Positions 52,999 to 63,779 of a stretch of DNA of 64,000 nt are shown in pieces. The notes beneath the pieces are model-generated. The model was not told the DNA's origin. It saw only the letters and a list, made by a program, of their open reading frames with translations, and did no database searches. Each line of letters starts with the position of its first letter. Positions within the stretch are counted from its first letter, which is position 1. Both the position numbers and the translations under genes were made by a program. The stretch covers positions 19,492,535 through 19,556,534 of the forward strand of contig NC_057751.1 in assembly GCF_004010195.1 (NCBI RefSeq). The letters are read 5' to 3'. This stretch comes from Chiloscyllium plagiosum (Eukaryota).

Positions 52999-53453
52999 GA
53001 GCTTCATTATCAGTACACTCTTCCTGGCAGAATCAGAATACTAGTTACTTCTTGGCGATGACAACTGAAGCTGATAATGTCTTCACCCAATTACACACAT
53101 TCACCTTTCAGTAGAGATTTTGGTAACTTGTTAGGAGCTGTGCTGTGCTGGCTGTCAGTGCAGTCAAATCTATCCCATTTTTCTTACCTCTGCCTAAAAA
53201 TGCAGGGGTCAATTGTAACACGCTGCTTGAGATCAGCGAACCTGTATCTCAGAGTTTTGTGTGGTTTAGCCCCACACACAAGGCCTTTATCCATTCAGCC
53301 TCATGGACAGTTCAGTCTCTGTATGTTTTAATGCTCGCTATTTGAAAATGAACTGACTCAGACTCATGATCTCTGGTAACAGTGAATATATTTTAATGGA
53401 ATGAACCTTGCCCAGGCACAAGGAGACAACCAGAAATAAATTCTAAAATATAC

Positions 53454-56400
53454 TTTAATGCATAATATTTATTTTATGTGCAAATAGTGTACGTTATAAA
53501 ACTAATCTTCCACATACATACAGAGATTTGCACCTTATATAGACTAACAGAGATCCCTCACTACAGGGGTTGCAGGTATGATAGTCCACATTATAAGACT
53601 GCTGCCATTGACCCTTTATATTCCAAAGCAAATTCTGCATTTGGACGTTAAGCTAAATTCTATCAAAGCCATCATGTTTTTCTTTGGCTACAGTTATTGA
53701 CAGCTTGGCTAATATTTATGTGTGTATCAACATTGCTAAAATGATCTGGTCATTTTATCTCATTATTGTTTGTAGGAGCTTGCTGTATGCAAATTGGCAG
53801 CATGTCGTATGTTGCTATAATGACTACACTTCAATAATAATACTAGAGAATTCCAAGGGTTGTGAAGCTTTGGATTTCCCTCTCCCAGAGGATTGTGGCT
53901 ACTCCATTGTTGTCATGGATTCAGGGGAGAGAAAGTGGAGTTACGGCTGATGATCAGCCATCATTGTACCAAATGGTGAAGCAGTCCCAAGGAAAGTATG
54001 GACTGCTCTTGCTTCTATTTTTTTTATGCTCCTCAATCTCTACGAAGCACATTGGGATGTGCGGAGGTTCTGAAAGAAATGCCCATCTTTTTGATTTATT
54101 TTTAAATGCTTCTACTTGTGTTGATTGAGGGCTTATCTATCTTTCCTCACCTTAATGTTGTGCTTTTACAGTTGGTACCATTCATTGCTCTACCTCCAGT
54201 TAGGAATGTTAAATAGCAGCCAAACATCTTCAGGGGCATTCTGCTGTTTGATGATTCACTCTAGCCAAGCGTCAGTGGGGAATTGCAGGCATGAACCTTA
54301 ATCTTTTCCTCCTCTACTATACAATCAAATAGTAGAATGAAAAGCTGTGCTATAGAGGGCCAACAGCTTTCACTATATCCTTAACTCCCACACCTGCTTT
54401 GGGGACAGCTGGCTGGTCTATGTTGGCTAGCCTTAGTCTCAACTCACTGTTATCAAAACCTTTAACTACAAGCAGATCAAACAAATTACATGGAAAAGAA
54501 AAATAGGGTTTTGAACAAAATATATCATCCAAGTACTGAATACTCATATCACTGAAATAATGGTTCTCTCTTCTGGCAGACTTTGGCATGTTTGCTCTCC
54601 ATTCATGAAGCTTAAATGAGTATGTACATGGTAAAAACAAGTTATATTTAACACTGTGTTACAAAAATGAATCAATTCATGCAAACAATGAAACAATGCA
54701 TTTTAAGGAGGTATGAAATGAACCACATTGTGAACCAGTTCTACAGACTGCAAGCTCTCTCTGTATCCAGGCAACTCTCTCCTTTTCCCCCCCTCCTGCC
54801 ATATCTGACTGCAGCAGTGACTCCGTGAGAGTGGAGAGCAGAGTGCCTCACCACAGGCTGACGTTTCTATGCTTGGTGCTGTTAATTGCATCCGTTTATT
54901 GTTGATTACAGTTTATCTTCATATTGGGACCCACAATCTGGCAGTAAGAAGAAGATGGGATGTCAGTGCTATCCATGTTGTCAGTGCAACCAGATGCTGA
55001 ATTAACTCTAGTCATCCTTGTGCAGAGTCCTGATCCCTTGTTCCAAACCAGAAGCAATAACATCGTTCTTAAAAATGGCAGTAGTTCAGTGTAACAGCTG
55101 GCTTGGCTCTTTGCAGGTATGAATCAGGAGCTCCTACATTGTAGTTTTCTTTGGAAGTGCATGGACTTCATAAAAATATGTTTACAAAATTCCTATGTAT
55201 CAACATAGATACTCATCCCTCTTTCTCTGCCAAGAAAGTACTTTTGCAAAATACTTTTTCATCTGGACATAAGAGTACATTGGTTGTCCCAATGTGTCTG
55301 GCAGCACAGACTTTCTCAATACTTTCCCAGCCCCCAGGAGTTAGAATGTCCTTGTGGTAGCAAACATACACCATCTGCTCTCATTTGGCTTAGAAAATGC
55401 CACACTTAGCTTTCAACTTAGCCATGCCAAGGCATCAGTTCATCAAGTGCAGCTCAAGCAGCCAAACCCACATGATATAAGCTAAGGCCCCAGCTGATCT
55501 GAGACAATCCAGCAATGTACTTTTTATCCTGCTGGTCTGTTCAAATGTCTTGGCCTAAATACTCCCAACACATCACCTTTCCCCCATCCCTCCTCTGCAG
55601 GAACAAACAGTTGCAGTTGGGCATGTTCTGTCATTCATCATTTGTCACTGGCGGTTGGAATCTATCCTAATGGAAACACATTATGGAATCATTTCCAGTG
55701 TCATGTAAACATCACACTAGTCTCTCAGTAAACTCGATTGGGAGATTTAATAAACTACTGCTTCCCCACAATTAAAAAAGAAAGACAAGTTAGGATAAAG
55801 CAGAGGTTGAAACAGGTGGAGAATGCGATAGCTTTTTATTCTTTGTTTGAATACTGATTGAGTTACAGAGCTTTTGATTTCCACATTGTTAGCTTGGTAT
55901 CATCGGTAAACAAAAAGTCTCAATTTGTTTTTCACGAAATTAATTAATTCAAATAAGGATCTGGAATATTTGTAGACATAAAGCAAACTGAAATCAATGT
56001 TCAAGGACACTGAATAATTGCACTGTGTAAGCAAGAGACTTAAGTAGACAGGTGATAGTTTTATGTCACTCCATTGTCTGAGCAACAGGTCAACTCCCAC
56101 CTTTTGAGGGTTGTTTTTGTACAACTCACTGTAGTTTCAAACCCATCAGCATCTGTCGTGATTAGAACCAGGTGGACCTGGTTAACCATGAGGTTCTTGA
56201 TTGGGGTTAGAATCTCCTCAGTTGAGGACTGACTCTGAGTTGGCTGGCCACAGCTCGTGTACTGTGCTCTAGTAAAGAAAGGGTGACTTGGTGACAGGAC
56301 ACCGACCTTAGTACAGTTATTTCAGTATCACCCATACAATGCTCTGCGCCATGAATTCTGCTCTCTTAAATATTAATTAATTATCCTTCAACACAGGTTC

Positions 56401-56878
56401 AAGTTCCCCTCAAAGTACAGTCAGTAAACATACTGCGAAGTATGAAGTGAATCATACAGACCTATATCATCTCTGTTGGGTGTTGCAATACCCTATTGCT
56501 AACTTCAGTCTTACTGAAAATCCAGAACCAACTCTTTCTCCTTCCAATCACTTTCAGCTAACCATTAGCAGAGGGAAACTCTGTACAAGTCGACAGTAAT
56601 AAAGACCTGGCTTGTCAATGTGGAAGATAGTTGCATCTCAAACATCTCTGTACAAGAACAGCAATGGATAAATGTGAACTTGGAATGGAGCAGGATTCTT
56701 GCGGAATGGCCCAGATCCCATTTACAGAAGCACCTGATCTGTCCAATCCACAGTGCAGTGGCAACACAGGCCTCATTTGCCATTTTCCAAAAGTAGAATT
56801 AGACAAAAATCAAATTGAAGTGGAGGAGTTAACTTCCAATTTGCTTGACAGTGTAGGTCCATGCATTCCCTGAGAGAT
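53454..56878 (-). other. Candidate terminal exon / long 3' UTR of the NAB2-like gene
   Basis: Minus-strand acceptor cattttctcag| at 56878, a repeat-poor stretch, and tandem AATAAA (53473-53468) and ATTAAA (53459-53454) followed by GU-rich sequence. No clear protein homology. Confidence 0.35.
56130..56324 (+). mobile_element. Possible short solo LTR
   Basis: TG...CA ends with agtaaa/gggtgacttggtgac near the 3' end. No TSD recognisable. Confidence 0.3.
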
Positions 56879-57164
56879 CTGAGAAAATGGTGAGCATTAA
56901 ATCCTGATGTGGTCATGTTCATATCCGTTTGCTGCAGCTTTTAATTTTATGGTTTTATTACGTCCTTTGGTTTCATTATTTCACTGTCTTCAGTACCTTC
57001 TCAATGATAATAGAGGCTGAGTGGCAGTTAGTTACCTTTCAGATATTCCCCACTTTCTGCTTCTATAACAAGAAATGAAGTAAGACAATTAGATTCAGAA
57101 CATATTAAGAACTGATTAACCTTTGTTATTATCGCTGTATTCAATATCATAGGATTGGGAGGGA

Positions 57165-57453
57165 GATTAGATTACTTTAGATTAGATTACTTAGTGTGGA
57201 AACAGGCCCTTCGGCCCAACAAGTCCACACCGACCCACTGAAGCGCACCCACCCAGACCCTAACACTACGGGCAATTTAGCGTGGCCAATTCACCTAACA
57301 TTTTTGGACTGTGGGAGGAAACTGGAGCACCCGGACGAAACCCACGCAGACACGGGGAGAATGTGCAAACTCCACACAGGCAGTCACCTGAGGCGGGAAT
57401 TGACCCCGGGTCTCTGGCGCTGTGAGGCAGCAGTGCTAACCACTGTGCCACCC
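57165..57453 (-). mobile_element. HE1-type V-SINE
   Basis: Reverse complement of HE1 with a small internal deletion. Confidence 0.92.
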
Positions 57454-58612
57454 AAAATCATACAGAACAGGAAACTTCAGCCCATCGTGCCTCTGCTAGG
57501 TTATCCAAATAGTCATAATCCCCTGATTTTCCCCATAGCCCTACAACCCTTGCTACCTTCATCACTGAGTGGCTCCATTTATTTTGCCCTGACCTGTAAG
57601 AAAGCCACCTAACCATAGCACAGCAGATTAGGTGCTATGGCATACCACGTCAGGGATATATTCCCAACAGGTTAGGTGCCACAGATTGGATGAAGGGAGC
57701 TGCTCTGTGACATAGACAGCAATCATTATCACTCAAACAGATGGTCATGTGACTGTTGCAGGAACTTGCTGTGTGCAAGTTGCCTGCTGTGTTTCCAATA
57801 TTGAAACAGTGACTATATTACAAAAGAGATAATTGGCTACAAAGCACTTTGGTCATCCTGAGGTTATGAAAGGTGCTATGTGAATACGAGTGTTTCTTTA
57901 ACATCAGTTTAGTAAATCTGATGTATTCATAAATATGATTGAAGAGAGGAACTTGTGAGGGGCATTCTTGCTTCAAGCGTTCTGGGGATTACCTTTAGAT
58001 TGTTTTTGTGTTCAATTCAAGTGATACACACAGACCAAATGTCAACCCCCGCCCCTCGCCCTCAGAGATATACTCCTGCTTTTGGAAGTGGGTGTTTGGA
58101 TCAAGGTCTGATCTCACCCCCACAGTCCTCCTACCTGAAAACACACTCACTTCTTAGCTTACTGTCACCTCCTCTCTGGATACTCCCCTTGGCTGCAGGG
58201 GGTCAGTTTGCCTTGCCAGTTGTATGATACCACCTTAGCCAAACGAAGCCGATCTCAACTGTTAACACTTTAATCCCTTAATAGACGAGACTGGCAAAAA
58301 ACTTTGTCGATCACAGATTTTCAAACTGTGAATTCAGCTAACATCAACTGTAATACATGGGTTCAAATCCCACTCAACAATCACAGCAACTTATATTTAT
58401 TTAGCATTTTGAACACAGTAAAGGTGCTTCACAGGAATGTTATAAAACAAAATATGAGACAGTTGCACATGTTAGGGTAAATGCATAAATGCTTGGTCAA
58501 AGAGGTACGTTTTAAAGGAGGAAGGAGAGCCAGAGAGATTGAGGGGGGAGACTTCCACAGGTTTTGGTAGTTGAAAGCATTGCTGACAATTGTGGAACAA
58601 TTAAAGTGAGAG

Positions 58613-59845
58613 ATAGAGTTACAGAGATGTACAGCATGGAAACAGACCCTTCGGTCCAACTTGTCCATGCCGACCAGATATTCCAACCCAATCTAGTCCC
58701 CTTTGCCAACATTTGGCCCATATCCCTCTAAACCCTTCCTATTCATATACCCATAAATGCTGTAACTGTACCAGCCTCCACCACTTCCTCTGGCAACTCA
58801 TTCCATACACGCACCACCCTTTGCATGAAAAAGTTGACCCTTAGGTCCCTTTCACATCTTTCCCCTCTCACCCGAAACCTATGCCCTCTAGTTCTGGACT
58901 TCCCCACCCCAGGGAAAAGACTTTGTCTATTTACCCTATCCATGCCCCTCATGATTTTATAAACTTCTATAAGGTCACCCCTCAGCCTCTGATGCTCCAG
59001 GGAAAACAGCCCCAGTCTATTCAGCCTCTCCCTATAGCTCAAATCTTCCAACCCTGGCAACATCCTTGTAAATCTTTTCTGAACCCTTTCAAGTTTCACA
59101 GCATCTTTCCAACAGGAAGGAGACCAGAATTGCACACAATATTCCAACAGTGGCCTAACCAATGTCCTGTACAGCTGCAATATGACCTCACAACTCCTGT
59201 ACTCAATAGTCTGACCAATAAAGGAAAGCATACCAAACGCCGCCTTCACTATCCTATCTACCTGCGACTCCACTTTCAAGGAGCTATGAACCTGCACTCC
59301 AAGGTCTGTTTGCTCAGCAACACTCCCCAGGACCTTACCATTAAGTGTATAAGTCCTGCTCTGGTTTGCTTTCCCAAAATGCAGCACCTCGCATTTATCT
59401 GAATTAAATTCCACCTGTCACTCCTCAGCCCATTGGCCCATCTGATCAAGATCTCATTGTACTCTGAGGTAACCTTCTTCGCTGTCCACTACACCTCCAA
59501 TTTTGGTGTCATCTGCAAACTCACTAACTGTACCTCTGATGTGCACGTCAAAATCATTTATATAAATGACAAAAAGCAGTGGACCCAGCACCCGATCCTT
59601 GTGGCACACCATTGGTCACAGTCTGAAAAGCAACCCTCCACCACCACCCTCTGTCTTCCACCTTTGAGTCAGTTCTGTATCCAAATGCCTAGTTCTCCCT
59701 GTATTCCATGAGATTTAACCTTGCTAATCAGTCTCCCATGATGAACCTTGTCGAATGCCTTACTGAAGTCCATATAGATCACATCTACCGCTCTGCCCTC
59801 ATCAATCCTTTGTTACATCTTCAAAAAACTCAATCAAGTTATGAG
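58613..59845 (-). mobile_element. Relatively young CR1 (HER-like) RT and 3' end
   Basis: 223-aa uninterrupted ORF2 C-terminus (58743-59414: MEFNSDKCEVLHFG...[10 protein letters not shown]...[13 protein letters not shown]) plus 3' UTR related to the HE1 tail. Confidence 0.95.
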
Positions 59846-60005
59846 ACATGTGCAAGATGCCCCAATTAGAATAAAGACATTGCTTAACCACAGGTTAATA
59901 TAGGTCATTGGGCATAGAAAGTAATGGGTGGATGGGACTCGGAGCTGAAAAGGAGTACAGGTCGTAAAGTTTTGGAAGATCTCAGGTTGGTAGACAGTGG
60001 AAGAT

Positions 60006-60206
60006 GGGAAAAGTGAGGACTGCAGATGCTGGAAATCAGAGCTTAGAGTGGTGCTGGAAAAGCACAGCCGGTCAGGCAGCATCCGAGGAGCAGGAAAATC
60101 AACGTTTCGGGCAAAAGCCCTTCATCAGGACTTTTGCCCGAAACGTTGATTTTCCTGCTCCTCGGATGTTGCCTGACCGACTGTGCTTTTCCAGCACCAC
60201 TCTAAT
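60006..60206. mobile_element. Fold-back Penelope-derived element with hammerhead core; 16-bp TSD
   Basis: Perfect TSD gtagacagtggaagat at 59990-60005 and 60207-60222. 75-bp arms 60043-60117 and 60131-60205. Confidence 0.93.
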
Positions 60207-60276
60207 GTAGACAGTGGAAGATAGGAGGCTAGCCAGGATGCATTGGAACATTTGAATCTGGAGGCAACACATCAGA

Positions 60277-60323
60277 GACTTGACTAAATACCCTCGACTT
60301 GACTAAATACCCTCAACTTGACT
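60277..60323. repeat. 19-bp tandem duplication (gacttgactaaataccctc x2.5)
   Basis: Read directly from the sequence. Confidence 0.9.
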
Positions 60324-60719
60324 GTTTTTGAAGAAAAGCAGAGAGTTATCCTCATCAATAATTATCCTTCAAGCCAACATCACCAACACAAATTGGTCAA
60401 TCATGACATCACTGTTTATGGGATCTTGCTGTGTATAAAATATTGCCTCCTTGACAACAGTTGCTCCTTTTCCCAGTTATGTATTTTGTGATGTAATGTT
60501 GTTACGGTCGACAATGCTTCAATCAAATGATCTCTTCATTCTAACTGAAACTGTGCAGAACACTCCTTATACTGTTTTCTTAAAATCAATGCATTCAAAC
60601 TATTGGATAATTCAGACACTTCTACAGCAAAATTGACTTTGAGTTAACAGGAGTGGACTATCTATAGATTGAAGGTTCTCTACTTCTTTCCCTCTGTCGC
60701 ACATCCATTACTAACATAC

Positions 60720-60876
60720 AGAACACACAACAATCTAAGCCTGCTGATCCCAGTATGGATCTAGATTCCATCTTGGGGCAATTGTTTGCTGCAGAGTAAT
60801 AGCTAGCCACTGTGTCTGAACTCCTGAACTGATGCCGACCACCAAAAGGTTCTGAATGACCCCGATTCTGATCTAC
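60720..60876 (-). pseudogene. NAB2: Degenerate NAB2 exon 6 homologue
   Basis: ctctgcaacag| acceptor and |gtatgt donor. 157 nt, not 3n. The phase-1 frame stops after 23 codons. WLAITLQQTI (compare human WSRHILQQTL) is in another frame, and MDEGLRL is missing. Confidence 0.6.
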
Positions 60877-61124
60877 CTGTTGCAGAGAGTGGGGCAGTTG
60901 ACACTCGCCCCTAAAGCTGGCAAGGAAAGGGAAGCGTTTTGCAGACAAACTATCTGATTCCCGTAGGTAAGCTCTGAGGGATAACTAGGTAAATTTAGCC
61001 TCACCAGTCTTAGAAAAAGACACCCGAACCAGACCCTGAGAGATGTGTCTAGGACACAGTGGGATAGCAAAACAGCAGTAGCAGCTGGCCCAGAGCATGA
61101 AGACAGAGTCAAACCTCTGAAGGA

Positions 61125-61252
61125 CAAAGTGAAGAGTGCAGATGCTGGAGATCAGAGACGACAGTGCGATACTGGAAAAGCAGTCGGTCAGGCAGCATCT
61201 GAGGAACAGGAGAATCGACTGGCTGTGCTTTTCCAGCAGCACACTCTCGACT
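61125..61252. mobile_element. Internally deleted fold-back Penelope-derived element
   Basis: Family sequence with a short inverted arm. Imperfect TSD tcaa...tctgaagg(a/g)caa at about 61109-61127 and 61252-61270. Confidence 0.75.
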
Positions 61253-61608
61253 CAAGGTTCTGAAGGGCAAGATCAGCACAAGCATGATTCAGTCTTTCTT
61301 TACACAGAGGTGACAACCTCTGGAATTAGAAGGGTTTTTGAGGCCAGGAAACCTGATCCCACTCCCATTCGCATATCGGAGTGCCAAAAATGAAAGGCTG
61401 AAGGGTCAACTCGATCACAACTGATGTTCTGACAGAAAGGACTAGTCAATGGAATCACAGTGAGTATCATTTCTCCTCCTGACCAGTAAATACAGTGCAT
61501 GTTAACTTTATTATTTATCCACTGTTTTATTTTAATAAATAATAATAACCCTCCCCTACCCACCCAAAAGGCAATGAAAATCTAGAGTAGAACAAATGTT
61601 GTACATAC

Positions 61609-61762
61609 CTTCCATTTGTCCAGAGAGACTATCCCTGAATAGGCTGCCAGTATCCTCCTCTTTGTTGCATCTGGACCCTGCTGAAGCTTTCCTTTGGTGT
61701 TTGATCAATTCAGTTTGACTCTGTATCAGCATTGCGTGCTTCAAGTCAGATTCTAGCTGGTG
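61609..61762 (-). CDS. NAB2: NAB2-like exon 5 homologue (HQLESDLKHAML...EEDTGSLFRDSLSGQME)
   Basis: ttttccaaatag| acceptor, aag|gtatgt donor, only frame 0 open, phase 0-1. The end aligns with human EEDSASLSGESLDGHLQ. Confidence 0.85.
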
Positions 61763-61801
61763 CTATTTGGAAAATAAAAAGCTGAATAATTAAAAGTGTT
61801 A

Positions 61802-61928
61802 CTGGCATTGTACCATACCAGTGCTGGTACTGTATCACCTCAACAATGGCACTGTGCTGCCTGAGCCCTGGTACTGTACCACCTAGCCCCTGGAACTACC
61901 ACCTCAACCTGGCACTGTATCAGCCCAG
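61802..61928. repeat. Degenerate ~20-bp tandem repeat (ctggtactgtaccacct...)
   Basis: About 6 imperfect units just upstream (minus strand) of the NAB2-like exon 5 acceptor. Confidence 0.6.
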
Positions 61929-62252
61929 TTTGGAACAATTGTAACATCCCTACTACTGGACCAGAGATCCAGGTTCAAGTCCCACTTCAAGATTTAATGG
62001 AAGGTATGCCAACAGAATGACTAGCAATCTGTAAACCCTTCCAACACACTTACAACAGATAGTAAGAGCAGAAGTTTCAGAACCGTGTAGAAACTGCAAC
62101 ACTATAGCCTCCCCATGTTAAAAGACTCCACACACAAGTTTTTGTCATGAGCATTCTGATGGACTTTGAGACACACACCACCCAGTTCTGGCAATTGTAC
62201 CAACCCAGGCTGGCACAGTACTCCAATACGTAAACCCAAAGACTGGACATAC

Positions 62253-62304
62253 CTCAAGTTTCATATTCTTCACAGTGGGACCATGAACTTCATCGGAGTT
62301 TAAT
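62253..62304 (-). CDS. NAB2: NAB2-like exon 4 homologue (RLNSDEVHGPTVKNMKLE)
   Basis: ttttccctccag| acceptor, gag|gtatgt donor, 52 nt. Aligns with human RLHPEELGGPPLKKLKQE. Confidence 0.88.
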
Positions 62305-63019
62305 CTGGAGGGAAAATAATGATTTAAAAGATTATTTGAAGATTCCAAAGAAACTAGACTCTCATGAATGAATAACTTTGTTTTAAATTTGTCTTCCCCA
62401 ATCATAGAATCAGTCAGTCTTGGAATTTTAAAAACGAAGTAATTTAGCACATTATACATGGGCTTATTGAAGGAGAGCTATTTCCTTAGTCTGCATTCAA
62501 TTTTTTAAAAAACGTCTATTTCAAATATTTGTCCACATCCATTTTAATGTCATGTCTGAACGATCCTCTGTGTACAGATCTGTATTCTAAACATTCTATT
62601 AATGATAATCTTAAAATTATATTCACTAGTTACAGACTCACTAACTAGTTGAAATTGTGTTTCTTCCCCAGTTTATCATATCCCCTTCCAACGTTCAACA
62701 GCTCCCCTCTTTCCTTTGTTTGTTCCTAGCCACATACGCACACTTTCCAGCAGGGGTCAGTGTGTACTTATTAGGATCTGATTTCCAATTGAAAAGTCCG
62801 AACTCCCTCAAGAATCGACATCAACTGACTCGGGAAATACAGAGATTACATTTAGGGTCTGCTAGACAAGATCAGAGGCTTCGTTCGCAACAATGTCATA
62901 ATAACACTTAGAGGGCCACAGAAAAATTCTAGGTTGAAATAAATCAAAGGATTTGGAATCAACAAAAGCCTAGCTGCTCTGTGCACCCTGGTAAGGGTGG
63001 GGAACCTGCTCTGTCTTAC

Positions 63020-63129
63020 CGTGCTTGCCTCTGAGCCACCAGTCGAGCCAGTGAAAGAAAATCGACTCTCCCGATCAGTAAGTTGCTATCCACCCTGCAA
63101 AACGGAGCGGTCGCCTCATTGCTGGTCAA
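63020..63129 (-). CDS. NAB2: NAB2-like exon 3 homologue, NCD2 end (LTSNEATAPFCRVDSNLLIGRVDFLSLARLVAQRQAR)
   Basis: ctctttccag| acceptor, cg|gtaaga donor. Aligns with human [34 protein letters not shown], about 8 codons shorter. Confidence 0.85.
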
Positions 63130-63779
63130 CTGGAAAGAGGACAGCAGGAGTAAACAGTTTAAACATTTAAAAATATATAGGAAATCGAGTGTGCCTAACA
63201 GCCAAGTGCACAAATGAGAGCGTCGCTTAGTGTAAGCTTGAAGAATTGTGAGGAAATTACATTTTTAAGATTCGGACAACGAAATCACCATCAATGAGAA
63301 ATGTGCACACTCGCAAGCAACTTGATCAATACTGGTATGTGCCACAGTGCCAACTCTTTATTTATCCTTTATTTATCTCACCTGCAGTGCTAAAGAAACA
63401 CGATTCATTCTGAGAAATTTGCGTTTTAATAGTGAGGGATGGGGGACAGAGAAATTCTACTTCAATATATTTTCCATTGGGGTGTCCAGAGCCGGCTGGT
63501 GATTTCCTCAAATAAAAACAGCAAGTGCTGGAGAAGCTTCAGATTCGAAACGTTAACGCTGTTCGTCTCTCTCCACAGATTTCTTTTTTGTTCCGCTTGT
63601 TTCCGGTCTCCAGAGTCCGCAGGATTTTACTTTTATTTGGTGATTTAGTCATAGAGATGACCTCGCACTCGCTTTGCACTATCGTCTAAGATGACTTGCC
63701 CTTTATTCCCCCTCATAACTTACAAAAGGTTGAGTTAACAGAATGTCATAAAGCCCATATTTCCGTTTCTCATTCTGCC

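Larger units (their letters stand above)
60720..63129 (-). pseudogene. NAB2: NAB2-like gene (NGFI-A binding protein 2), 3' exons; divergent, with a disrupted exon-6 homologue
   Basis: Exons 63129-63020, 62304-62253, 61762-61609 and 60876-60720 match human NAB2 exons 3-6 in order and splice phase, convergent with STAT6. The last one gives a premature TAG (60805-60803), and its W...LQQT remnant is out of frame. Pseudogene versus truncated functional gene is unresolved. Confidence 0.7.

Noticed and set aside
56631..56873. Plus-strand ORF ending EELTSNLLD as a distal STAT6 tail exon
   Set aside because: STAT6 already terminates at 33885, there is no good acceptor, and the spacing is not LxxLL.
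58743..59414. Longest ORF (223 aa) as a host gene
   Set aside because: It is the CR1 ORF2 C-terminus of a 5'-truncated copy.
60658..60948. 96-aa minus-strand ORF as the NAB2 exon frame
   Set aside because: Incompatible with the phase-1 donor of exon 5 at the main acceptor and lacks NAB2 motifs.
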